NCBI GenBank assembly: GCA_040755995.1
Contig: JBFMAF010000016.1
Coordinates: 67,172-131,171 of the forward strand
Direction: 5' to 3'
From: Acidobacteriota bacterium
Lineage (GTDB): Bacteria > Acidobacteriota > CAIWXX01
DNA: 64,000 nt
Position 1 is the stretch's first letter; each line of letters starts with the position of its first letter. Below the pieces are notes generated by a model, which was given only the letters and a program-made list of their open reading frames with translations, did no database searches and was not told the DNA's origin. The position numbers and the translations under genes are program-made. Of this stretch, positions 1-8,358 are shown piece by piece.

Positions 1-354
1 CCGTCGGCATCGGATCGTATACGTAAGGGCGACCCTGTCCGAGTGGAGGGCGTGGCCCGCGACCAAACACCACTCAGTGGTCCCCACGGCCGTCGCCATT
101 GGTGTCCATCAGGAATGGCCAGGCTTGCCGGGCAGCAGGCTGTGATCATGACGCCGGTCCTGTGCCGCGTCTGCGTGGGAGCGGAACGAGCCGGCATCGA
201 TCTGCATGGCCGGCCGTAGCCGCGTATCACGCGGCGAGGCACGGCGGTATCCAAAAACCCGGGGAAAAATCAGAGGCAATTCGCGGCCCGGCTGCCGACA
301 TGCTCGACTGCAAGTCTGGAACGGCTGCGGAGAGGGGGTGGCTTGAATCGTCTG

Positions 355-1752
355 CTATCGGTTCGTCGAGCTGCGATCGAGGAGAGGGAGCTGTGGGTCG
401 AGCGTCCCGCGCTTGTACGTAGCTGTATAGAATGGCGTCAGGTAGTGCTCTCCCTTCTCACGAGAGGTGAAGTACTTCGCGACTAGCGACATCCATGCCA
501 GCTCGGCCTGCGTGAAGCTCTTGTTTTTCACCATTATGAAGGCGATCTTGAAGCTCTTCGGCGAGTCCTTTGCAGCAGGGATGCGCGGCCCCCCCGCTTC
601 GTCCATGAGCTCCTGAATGCTCCAGGTCTCCACCTGCCCGGCCGTCACGCGGTCCGGGTTGCTGTAGTCCGGCTGGATCAGCCGATGCACGGGCTTGACC
701 TTCCCGGGCGGTGCCAGGCCCATCAGATACAGGTCAAGCCACGAGTAGCGCTCAGTAGCGGGATCCGCAGGTACGACCCGCCACGTGCCGTCGCCGTTGC
801 CACAAAGATGGCCGGAACGCGATCCGGCGAACACAAAGCTCGACATCTGCCCCGCGACGTCGGTGTTCTCCTCCCAGTGCACGCCGTCCGACAACCCTAT
901 CTCACTGCCGAAGTCCCATGCGGACCAGGCGTGGCCGACCTCGTGGTCGAGGATCGCGCCGTAGCCGAAGCTGTGATACACCATCGTCCTCAAGCGTCCG
1001 GCCGAGAAGAACTTCGCAGTGTCGTCGAAGAGCTGCATGCCGATGTTCTGTATCTCGTTCTTCGCGGGCACTGCATAGGGCACGTTCTCAGCGTAGTTGC
1101 GATTCGGGTCGTAGATGCTGCCGGCCGGCATCACGACGACGAAATCGAATACGTCGCCGAACACACTGTAGAGTCTCTGAAATGCGCCGAATGCGGTATC
1201 GCCGCACTTGACTCTCGCCAGCGGGATCTTGCCTCCAAGCATCTTCCCCGTAGGATCGACCATGCCCACGGCACACTCGGTCGCGTAGACGTCGGACGCG
1301 AGCCTCACGGATTGGAACACCTGCGACTTGTCAACGATTCCGAGCGACGGCGCCCATCCGTCGACAAGCTGCGTCGTGCCGTCAGTCTTCTTGATCCTGA
1401 CATAGACCCCCGTGATTACGTGCGTTCCTCCAAACCAGAGATGGATACTCGTCTTGCCCAGCGTGTCCGTCGTGATTCCGTTGAGCGTGTAGATCCCATC
1501 ACGGGCGGTCTTGTCACCGTGCGTGCCATCGTCGAACATGTCGGGCCATGCTCCGTTCGCTCCCTGCATCTGTACGCCGGTGACATCCGTCTTCGTCGTC
1601 GCCACACGCAGCACCGTGCTGCTCGCGCCGTCGTTGTATATCACGTTCGGGTCGAAAGAGGCGTAGAGGAACGCACCGGTGCGCTCTGCTCGAGCAACCT
1701 GAGTGAAGCCGAGAGCTGCTACGGCCGCGAGCGCGAATCCTATCTTGTGCAT
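355..1752 (-). CDS. Secreted putative zinc metallopeptidase (465 aa)
   Basis: Signal peptide MHKIGFALAAVAALGFTQVARA; DDGTHGDKTARDG motif (choice-of-anchor X-like); HEVGH zinc motif followed by GLSDGVHW; YSWLDLYLMGL motif. Confidence 0.75.
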   Translation of the reverse strand: MHKIGFALAAVAALGFTQVARAERTGAFLYASFDPNVIYNDGASSTVLRVATTKTDVTGVQMQGANGAWPDMFDDGTHGDKTARDGIYTLNGITTDTLGKTSIHLWFGGTHVITGVYVRIKKTDGTTQLVDGWAPSLGIVDKSQVFQSVRLASDVYATECAVGMVDPTGKMLGGKIPLARVKCGDTAFGAFQRLYSVFGDVFDFVVVMPAGSIYDPNRNYAENVPYAVPAKNEIQNIGMQLFDDTAKFFSAGRLRTMVYHSFGYGAILDHEVGHAWSAWDFGSEIGLSDGVHWEENTDVAGQMSSFVFAGSRSGHLCGNGDGTWRVVPADPATERYSWLDLYLMGLAPPGKVKPVHRLIQPDYSNPDRVTAGQVETWSIQELMDEAGGPRIPAAKDSPKSFKIAFIMVKNKSFTQAELAWMSLVAKYFTSREKGEHYLTPFYTATYKRGTLDPQLPLLDRSSTNR

Positions 1753-1850
1753 TTGAACACCCCCACGATTGCGGTTAGAGGGTCGAAGCCCCAGCCTATA
1801 TAGACCATGCTATCCGCGTTTTGTACCAATCGTGGCGGGCGATAGGCGCT

Positions 1851-1899
1851 CTACTTGAGATGCTTGAGCTGGGCCGAGTCGGTCGAGAGGATGAGCCAG
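1851..1899 (-). pseudogene. hflC: hflC 3'-end remnant
   Basis: Encodes WLILSTDSAQLKHLK-stop versus WLILSTDSALLKHLK-stop of intact hflC (6292-6340). Confidence 0.85.
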
Positions 1900-2052
1900 C
1901 TCCCGTTACTTGCGGCGGGCGGCAGCGTGGCACTCCAGGTCAAGGCCACTCCGTCGAGCACGCACAAGCACATCATAGCGGTCGTCGACTCGGCCGGTGC
2001 CGTCGCCGAAGCGAACGAGGCGAACCACGCCATCGCCAACGCACTCCCTTGA
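1900..2052 (+). pseudogene. 3' remnant of a CARDB-like domain gene
   Basis: LAAGGSVALQV...HIIAVVDSAGAVAEANEANH resembles the CARDB C-terminal AVVD...V.E.NE.NN pattern; no start or N-terminal part. Confidence 0.5.
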
Positions 2053-2211
2053 GTGAGCGGCGCCAGAGTGACGGTTGTACCGCTCGGTTTGGCCCACCGC
2101 GCACTCAGTTGATTAGATGCCGGACGCGAGCTTCACGGCTGGGAACAGCTGCGACTTGTCGCCAATGCGCTCCCTTGAGTGAGGGGCGTCACAGTGCTGA
2201 TTGTTCCACTC
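2033..2211. repeat. Degenerate 53-bp direct repeat (2033-2085 and 2159-2211)
   Basis: tcgccaacgcactcccttgagtgagcggcgcc... versus tcgccaatgcgctcccttgagtgaggggcgtc...; duplicates the CARDB remnant stop region. Confidence 0.8.
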
Positions 2212-2271
2212 ACCCTCGCTGGTACGTTCTCGCCGCCGGGCGGTCTTTCCAGGTGACAAGGAGAGAGGACG

Positions 2272-3573
2272 ATGAAGATCAATTCCGGAACGCAATTCCA
2301 GGCCAGCGTGGATCCCGCCAACGGCAGCTCACGCGGAGTCCAGACCGGAAAGACCGGCCAGGCGCAGGGGAGGCCAGCAACGGCCAGGTCCGAGCCGGCA
2401 GCCGGTGTCGCCGCGCGCGACATCTTCGAACGGTCTCAGGGAAGGACTTTCCAGCAACTAGTGACGACCCCCGGAACCGGCCTGCTTGTTGGAAAGAGTG
2501 ACTTGCCGGAAGCCACAGTGCACCACGACGCCTCCGGCGGAAGACCGAAAGGGGGCTTCGATCAACGTTGGGTAGATCGATACAAGGTCCTCGAGGACTG
2601 GAGGAAGCGTTTCGAGAACACGATCATTACACCGGAGAACCGCGACGAGCAGGAGTCGCTCCGGTTCATGATCCAGAATCTCGAGAGAGGCCTCGGGCTT
2701 GAGCCCGGGCAGAACGCGGTCGTGAACGGGGAAACGGGTGAATACATCATTGGGCCTTCCCAGTCCGGGACCGGCACTCCGCATCAGGCGTTTGACTTCA
2801 GGAACCTCGAATCCTTCACTCATCCGACTGGAGGGGGAGGTGCCGGTATCGGGCCCCACCCCGGCCAGGGGGCGACACTGACGGGTCTCGGCGGCACCGG
2901 TGGAGGAGGTGGAGGAGGCGTTGGCGCTCCCGGAGGCAACTCCAATGCGAACACCGCGGGCGGGTTCTTCGGAGGCGGAATCTGGCGTGAACCGGGGTCG
3001 GCGCATGGCCATGACCCGAGCTCGAATCGAGGTCATACACCCCAAGGGCCGGGCCAGCCGCCTGCCGGTCATGATACTCCGTCGACTCCTTCGCACCCTT
3101 CGTCGCCGGGCCAGGCACCCAAGGTGGACCGTGACAAGGACAAGGCCATCAAGGTGCACGACACGGGTGGTGAATCTCCGACCACCAAGGACACCATGAC
3201 CGTCGTGGACAAGCTCATCCGCTCGTGGGACCAGCCGGAGTCTGAAAGCGGCGAAGGGCTGCCACCCGCCGACGAGACTCGACACGGTGGCGCGCGCGGC
3301 TCCGACATTGGCACACACCGACCCGAAGGACTTCGAGGGATCACCCAACAGGAGATCGACCTGTTCGGTCCTGCTATCAGGAAGGAAACCGGACCCGACG
3401 ACAAGGACCGGCCGGAAACCGGCAGCACGAGCGGCAGTCAGGCTCCGGGCGATCTGGGCGATGACATCGGTGGACGAGGGATAAGCTCACTGCGGAGGGG
3501 CGGCGGTGGTGAGGCAGGACCTCTCTGGAAGGACCTGCGCGTGCTCAACCCGATCGATCCGTCGAAGGTCTAG
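2272..3573 (+). CDS. Hypothetical Gly/Pro-rich, largely disordered protein (433 aa)
   Basis: Long ORF, RBS (ggagagaggacg) before ATG, GC-rich third positions; no family recognised. Confidence 0.75.
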   Translation: MKINSGTQFQASVDPANGSSRGVQTGKTGQAQGRPATARSEPAAGVAARDIFERSQGRTFQQLVTTPGTGLLVGKSDLPEATVHHDASGGRPKGGFDQRWVDRYKVLEDWRKRFENTIITPENRDEQESLRFMIQNLERGLGLEPGQNAVVNGETGEYIIGPSQSGTGTPHQAFDFRNLESFTHPTGGGGAGIGPHPGQGATLTGLGGTGGGGGGGVGAPGGNSNANTAGGFFGGGIWREPGSAHGHDPSSNRGHTPQGPGQPPAGHDTPSTPSHPSSPGQAPKVDRDKDKAIKVHDTGGESPTTKDTMTVVDKLIRSWDQPESESGEGLPPADETRHGGARGSDIGTHRPEGLRGITQQEIDLFGPAIRKETGPDDKDRPETGSTSGSQAPGDLGDDIGGRGISSLRRGGGGEAGPLWKDLRVLNPIDPSKV

Positions 3574-3578
3574 GCGCT

Positions 3579-3640
3579 CAGAATCCCACGGGATCGACAA
3601 TTCGCCAGCGGGCGTACGTGTCGACACAGAGGTACTTCTT
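3579..3640 (-). pseudogene. hflC: Internal hflC remnant
   Basis: attcgccagcgggcgtacgtgtcgac...gtacttctt matches hflC about 6914-6975 (KKYIWVDTYARWRI region). Confidence 0.8.
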
Positions 3641-4029
3641 CGCGCCTGGACTGAGCGTCGTCGGACCGCTGACCGGGTTGAGGTCCCGGATCGGACCAAG
3701 CATCGCTTCGCGGTGGCAGGAGCCTCGAAGCTCCCGAACAGGGCTACCCTCCCGTCGTGATCAACCGTCGATCCCCACAACTTCGCCGCCGAACGCGCCC
3801 ATCTTCCGTCCCCGGGGCGGAGGATGGGTCCATGTGCTTCCACTTCCATGCTGGTGTTACTACCCCAGTAGTAATTCCGACACGCAGTCCGAAAAGCGAC
3901 TTCCTGTGTCCTCAATAGCTGGCCCGAGAACGTGGGATTCGCGGGCCGCATCGGTTGTTTTCAAACAGTGCCGCCGAAGAGAGAGGGTTATCTTCCCGAC
4001 GAGCAGAACGCCGGACGCGATGTGGCGTG

Positions 4030-4785
4030 TCAGGGCAGCTCCAGCGTTCGCAGCCACATGTAGAAGTCAGCCGTTGTGAACAGCTCGTTGGTTTCGTTGT
4101 CCAAGCTCTGAATTTCTGCGACATAGCCGACATACGGTGCGATCCAATAGTATCTGATGAAGGACCAGGGTTCAGAACCTCCGAAGCTGATCTTCACCTG
4201 AACCATCGCCGAGTCATTGAATGTGCCGGCGCCGACGATCACCGTGCCCTTGGCGACGACCCTCGTGACGACGGTCATGGGAATGCTCCCTTCGGAGAAG
4301 ACGAGTGATGTCCGTTGAGTAACAGCCTTTCCCACCTTCGCGGGGAAGAAGAAGAGCCGGAACTTCGGTGCAAAACTGAAGTTCTCATCGGCATCGCCAT
4401 TTGTATTCGACATCCCGTAGAAGTAGAGGCCGGCCGGAGTCTTCTTCAGAAAGCTGCATACCTTATCTCCACCGGGCTTGACTACTTGCAGAGCCACGGC
4501 CGCATCCGGGTAGTTGCCACCGTTGTACGCCTGGGACTTGTCGATCCACGCGCTGGCGACGGTCGCCATCCTGGGACCGCCTGTCAGGTCCCAGGGCGGA
4601 CTGAAAGTCAGTGTGACAGGCACGGTGATACCGCTGGTATTGGAGTACCAAGTTCCCTTGATTCCAATCGTCACGGGGTAGTGGCCGGCCTTGATCGTGA
4701 CGTTGGGGGAGCCTGGCCAGGCAGAGTGGGCCATCGTGCAGATGAACAGAATGGCCGATACGGCTGAAAGAGCTCGCTTGTTCAC
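4030..4785 (-). CDS. Secreted beta-rich hypothetical protein
   Basis: GGAGGT RBS then GTG at 4785 (ORF track start 4803); signal peptide; V.VGAGTF..S and YYWIAPYVGYV motifs typical of DUF3108-like/TapB-like proteins. Confidence 0.7.
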   Translation of the reverse strand: MNKRALSAVSAILFICTMAHSAWPGSPNVTIKAGHYPVTIGIKGTWYSNTSGITVPVTLTFSPPWDLTGGPRMATVASAWIDKSQAYNGGNYPDAAVALQVVKPGGDKVCSFLKKTPAGLYFYGMSNTNGDADENFSFAPKFRLFFFPAKVGKAVTQRTSLVFSEGSIPMTVVTRVVAKGTVIVGAGTFNDSAMVQVKISFGGSEPWSFIRYYWIAPYVGYVAEIQSLDNETNELFTTADFYMWLRTLELP

Positions 4786-5101
4786 GGGGACACCTCCAAT
4801 CATGTGTTGCGCCGCGTTGCGAACAATGGCACTCTACACCACTCCCCGTCACAGCGCACACCTCTCCTGCGAAGCACGAAGCATGCCTGATCTCTGCGGC
4901 CTCGACGCTCCCGCACGGTCGTCGGAATCAATAGGTTGGCAATCGTGCGACCTCTCATGCGTGGATGTCATTCCGGACGTCACTATCAAGCGCTTTATCA
5001 ACTGTCAAGTTGCTTCTCGGTTTCTGTCAAGCTGGCGCACTGTGATCCTTGTCCTTGAGATGTGCCCGCGTGAGGTGGTTCGTCTCGTGGGCAAGGAGAC
5101 C

Positions 5102-5158
5102 GGACCTCTCTGGAAGGACCTGTGCGTTCTCAACCCGATCGATCCGACGAAGGTGTAG
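5102..5158 (+). pseudogene. Second copy of the last 18 codons and stop of the 433-aa gene
   Basis: GPLWKDLCVLNPIDPTKV-stop versus GPLWKDLRVLNPIDPSKV-stop at 3517-3573. Confidence 0.9.
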
Positions 5159-5163
5159 GCGCG

Positions 5164-5280
5164 CAGAACCCCAGGGGATCCGCGATTCGCCAGCAGGCAT
5201 ACGTGTCGGCCCAGGTGTACTTCTTGTCCTTGGTGAGGACTTGGCCGGCATGGCCTTGGGCGTTGTTGACCCGTTCCGAG
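5164..5280 (-). pseudogene. Chimeric hflC/hflK remnant
   Basis: 5164-5255 matches hflC 6914-7005 and 5247-5280 matches hflK 7395-7427; junction at the shared ggc(a/g)tcgcc-like 9-mer. Confidence 0.75.
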
Positions 5281-5489
5281 CCGCTCCTTGACTTCTTCGA
5301 GGGGCAGTATCCGGCGACGATTCACGAGGTCCTCGGTGCAGCTGAACCTGGCGAGAATTCCGGCGAGGTCTTCGCGCACCAACCCGGATTCCGACGCCAG
5401 GTTCAAGCCCTGGTCTCGTACGTTGGGCGGGCCTGAGCGCGCTCCAATGCATGGCTGGGAATTCAGACAGCCACCATCGGGTCCGACTC

Positions 5490-6340
5490 TCGCGGCCCTA
5501 CTGCCGATATGCTCGTTCGCGAGTCTGGAACGGCTGCAGCGAGGGGGGGTGGCTCGAATCGTCTGCTATCGGTTCGTCGAGCCGCGATCGGGGAGAGGGA
5601 GCTGTGGGTCGAGCGTCCCCCGCTTGTACGTGGCGGTATAGAACGGCGTCAGGTAGTGCTCCCCCTTCTCACGAGAGGTGAAGTACTTCGCGACGAGCGA
5701 CATCCAGGCCAGCTCGGCCTGCGTGAAGCTCTTGTTTTTCACCATCATGAAGGCGATCTTGAAGTTCTTCGCCGAGTCCTTTGCAGCAGGGATGCGCGGT
5801 CCCCCCGCTTCGTCCAGGAGCTCCTGGATGCTCCAGGTCTCCACCTGCCCGGCCGTCACTCGGTCCGGGTCGCTGTAGTCCGGCTGGATCAGCCGATGCA
5901 CGGGCTTGACCTTCCCGGGCGGCGCCAGGCCCATCAGATACAGGTCAAGCCACGAGTAGCGCTCGGTAATGGGATTCACTGGCACGACCCGCCACGTGCC
6001 GTCGCCGTTGCCATGCAGATGGCCGGAACGCGATCCGGCGAACACAAAGCTCGACATCTGCCCCGCGACGTCGTTGTAGATGACATTCGGGTCGAATGAT
6101 GCGTAGAGGAACGCACCGGTGCGTTCTGCACGAGCAACCTGAGTGAAGCCGAGAGCCGCTATGGCCGCGACCGCGAATCCGATCTTCTGCATTTCGACAC
6201 CCCCACCATCCCGATCTGCAAGCCGAACACCCAACCTGTATAGACCACCCCATCTGCGTTTCGTACCAATCGTGGCGGGCTATGCGCGGCCCTACTTGAG
6301 ATGCTTGAGCAGTGCCGAGTCGGTCGATAGGATCAGCCAG
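5490..6340. repeat. Diverged direct duplication, copy 2
   Basis: Homologous to 281-1899 except for a 771-bp internal deletion. Confidence 0.9.
5566..6192 (-). pseudogene. Internally deleted, in-frame paralog of the 465-aa peptidase (208 aa, lacks HEXXH)
   Basis: MQKIG...NVIYND joined directly to VAGQMSS...; 465-257=208 aa. Confidence 0.85.
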
Positions 6341-7212
6341 GTGTTCTGGTCGAGGCCGGCCTGGAGTGTTTCCAGCGATTTCAGGAACTGGTACAGGTCG
6401 GGGTCCCTGCCGTAGGCCTTCGCGTAGATCGTCGTGGCCTTGGCGTCGGCGGCGCCCTTTATCTCCTGAGCCGTTCGGTATCCCGCGGAGGAGGCTGCGA
6501 GCACGTCGCGCTCCTTCTGTCCTCGAATCTCGGCCGCCTTGCCCTGGCCCTCCGACCTGCTGCGTTCCGCTATGCGCTTCCTCTCCGAGATCATCCGCTC
6601 GAACACTTTCTGCTGCACGGTCTCGACGTAGTTGATCCGCTTGAAGCGCACGTCGACAAGCTCCACACCGAACTGCGGCGTGATCGCCGCGGCGTTCTTG
6701 AGGATCTCCTGGGCGATCATCTCGCGTCCCGTGGTGATCTCGGCCATGGCCTCGGCCGAGCCGATCCCGGCGAGCTCCTCGGTTACTTGGAACTCGCGGT
6801 TGCTGGATCGGACGATCTCGATGAGGTCGTACTTGGCGACGGAATTGCGCGTCGCGCCGTCGACGATATCATCCAGTCGGCTCTGGCCTCCGCGCTCGTC
6901 GCGCACCGCCTTGTAGAAGCCCAGAGGGTCTGCGATTCGCCAGCGGGCGTACGTGTCGACCCAGATGTACTTCTTGTCCTTGGTGGGGATTTCGTTGGCA
7001 TCGCCGTTGAACTCGAGCCAGCGCTTGTCAAAGCGATGGACATCCTGGATGAAAGGCAGCTTGACGTGCAGCCCGGCGTTGGTGATGGCGCCGCTGACGG
7101 GCCGGCCGAACTGCGTAATGATCACCTGCTCGGTTTCCGAAACGGTGTAGACCGACGACCAGAGGAGAATGAGGACCATCAGCCCACCGAATGCGATCGG
7201 TACCTTTTTCAT
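6292..7212 (-). CDS. hflC: FtsH protease modulator HflC
   Basis: SPFH domain: GLHVKLPFIQDV, TKDKKYIWVDTYARWRIADP, VFERMISER. Confidence 0.95.
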   Translation of the reverse strand: MKKVPIAFGGLMVLILLWSSVYTVSETEQVIITQFGRPVSGAITNAGLHVKLPFIQDVHRFDKRWLEFNGDANEIPTKDKKYIWVDTYARWRIADPLGFYKAVRDERGGQSRLDDIVDGATRNSVAKYDLIEIVRSSNREFQVTEELAGIGSAEAMAEITTGREMIAQEILKNAAAITPQFGVELVDVRFKRINYVETVQQKVFERMISERKRIAERSRSEGQGKAAEIRGQKERDVLAASSAGYRTAQEIKGAADAKATTIYAKAYGRDPDLYQFLKSLETLQAGLDQNTWLILSTDSALLKHLK

Positions 7213-8234
7213 TCCTTCACCTCCCTCTTCTCACCATCTAGTTGGAGTAGCGGGATGATGCCGCGTGCCGCCTCGTCGATGACCAGCTTGCGTCCGAGCT
7301 TCGGGAGCAGAGTGGCCATGGTCTCCAGGTACAGGCGCTTGCGTGTCACGTCCGGCGCCTTCTTGTATTCCTCGTACAGCGCATCAAACCGCTTGGCGTC
7401 GCCCTCGGCGTTGTTGACGCGTTCGAGTGCGTAGCCTTCGGCGGAGCGCACGGCCTGCTCGGCCTCCCCCTTGGCGCGCGGCACGGCCATGTTGTACTCC
7501 GCCCAGGCCTCATTGATGGCGCGCTCCTTCTCCTGGATCGCCTGGTTCACTTCGTTGAAGGCGGGGCGCACGGGATCCGGCGGGTTGACGTCCTGAAGCA
7601 CGAGCTGCTGGATCTCTATCCCTATGCCGTAGAAGTCGCAGAGCCTCTGCAGCTCCTGCTTCGCGTCGAGCGCAATCGTCTCGCGCCCGATGGTGATGAC
7701 CTCGTCGACACTGTGGTCGCCGACGACCTTTCGAACCGCCGCCTCAGACATGTATCGAAATGTTTCGCGTTGGTCACGGATGTGGAAGAGGTAAGCCCTG
7801 GGGTCCTTGATGCGGAACTGCACGATCCATTCCACGACCGCGACGTTGAGGTCGCCCGTGAGCATGGTCGATTCTCCCACGGTTTCCTCGGATGCCGGCG
7901 CGTACTCGGTCGACTTGCCCGCGAACTGGGTGCGGAAGCCGAACTCTTCCTTGAGCTGGCGCTGCACAGGCACCTTGATGACGCGCTCCGCCCCGAACGG
8001 CAGCTTGAAATGCGGGCCCGGATCGGCCGTGCGGACGTGTCTGCCAAAGCGCAGCACAACACCCACCTCGTCTGGCTCGATCTGGTAGTAACTGGTGAAG
8101 AGAAGCAGCAGCACCACGAAGCCTATAATGAGGCCGCGTATGAGCCGCCCTGTCATGCGAGGCACGCCGGGGATGCGGATGTGCGCCCGGCCTCCTCCGA
8201 TGTCGATCGGTTCGTCGCTCCAGGCTCTCGCCAT
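7209..8234 (-). CDS. hflK: FtsH protease modulator HflK
   Basis: SPFH domain: MLTGDLNV, LQDVNPPDPVRPAFNEV, APDVTRKRLYLETM; GGAGG RBS before ATG 8234; overlaps hflC start. Confidence 0.95.
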   Translation of the reverse strand: MARAWSDEPIDIGGGRAHIRIPGVPRMTGRLIRGLIIGFVVLLLLFTSYYQIEPDEVGVVLRFGRHVRTADPGPHFKLPFGAERVIKVPVQRQLKEEFGFRTQFAGKSTEYAPASEETVGESTMLTGDLNVAVVEWIVQFRIKDPRAYLFHIRDQRETFRYMSEAAVRKVVGDHSVDEVITIGRETIALDAKQELQRLCDFYGIGIEIQQLVLQDVNPPDPVRPAFNEVNQAIQEKERAINEAWAEYNMAVPRAKGEAEQAVRSAEGYALERVNNAEGDAKRFDALYEEYKKAPDVTRKRLYLETMATLLPKLGRKLVIDEAARGIIPLLQLDGEKREVKE

Positions 8235-8358
8235 CGATTTCCTCCTTCGATTACTGGTCAGTATACCTTCGATCCGGCATCGAGCCAAAGCCAGATTGAA
8301 CTGCGACTCCAGAGTTGCCGTTCAGCCAGCGGCCTCGAGGGGTCGGCCGCGCGCGAGG

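Larger units (their letters stand above)
281..1899. repeat. Diverged direct duplication, copy 1 (peptidase gene plus hflC 3' end)
   Basis: Aligns by eye with 5490-6340 from tcgcggccc through the last codons of hflC. Confidence 0.9.

Noticed and set aside
1..280. Possible gene start running off the left edge
   Set aside because: No frame gave a recognisable protein.
685..1803. 372-aa plus-strand ORF
   Set aside because: Antisense shadow of the peptidase gene.
5281..5436. Coding-like fragment after the hflK scrap
   Set aside because: Reads plausibly on either strand and I cannot assign a family, so it is not listed as a feature.
281..6340. Diversity-generating retroelement or integron explanation for the duplications
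   Set aside because: No reverse transcriptase or integrase in the window; differences are not confined to adenines; no attC-like sites found.
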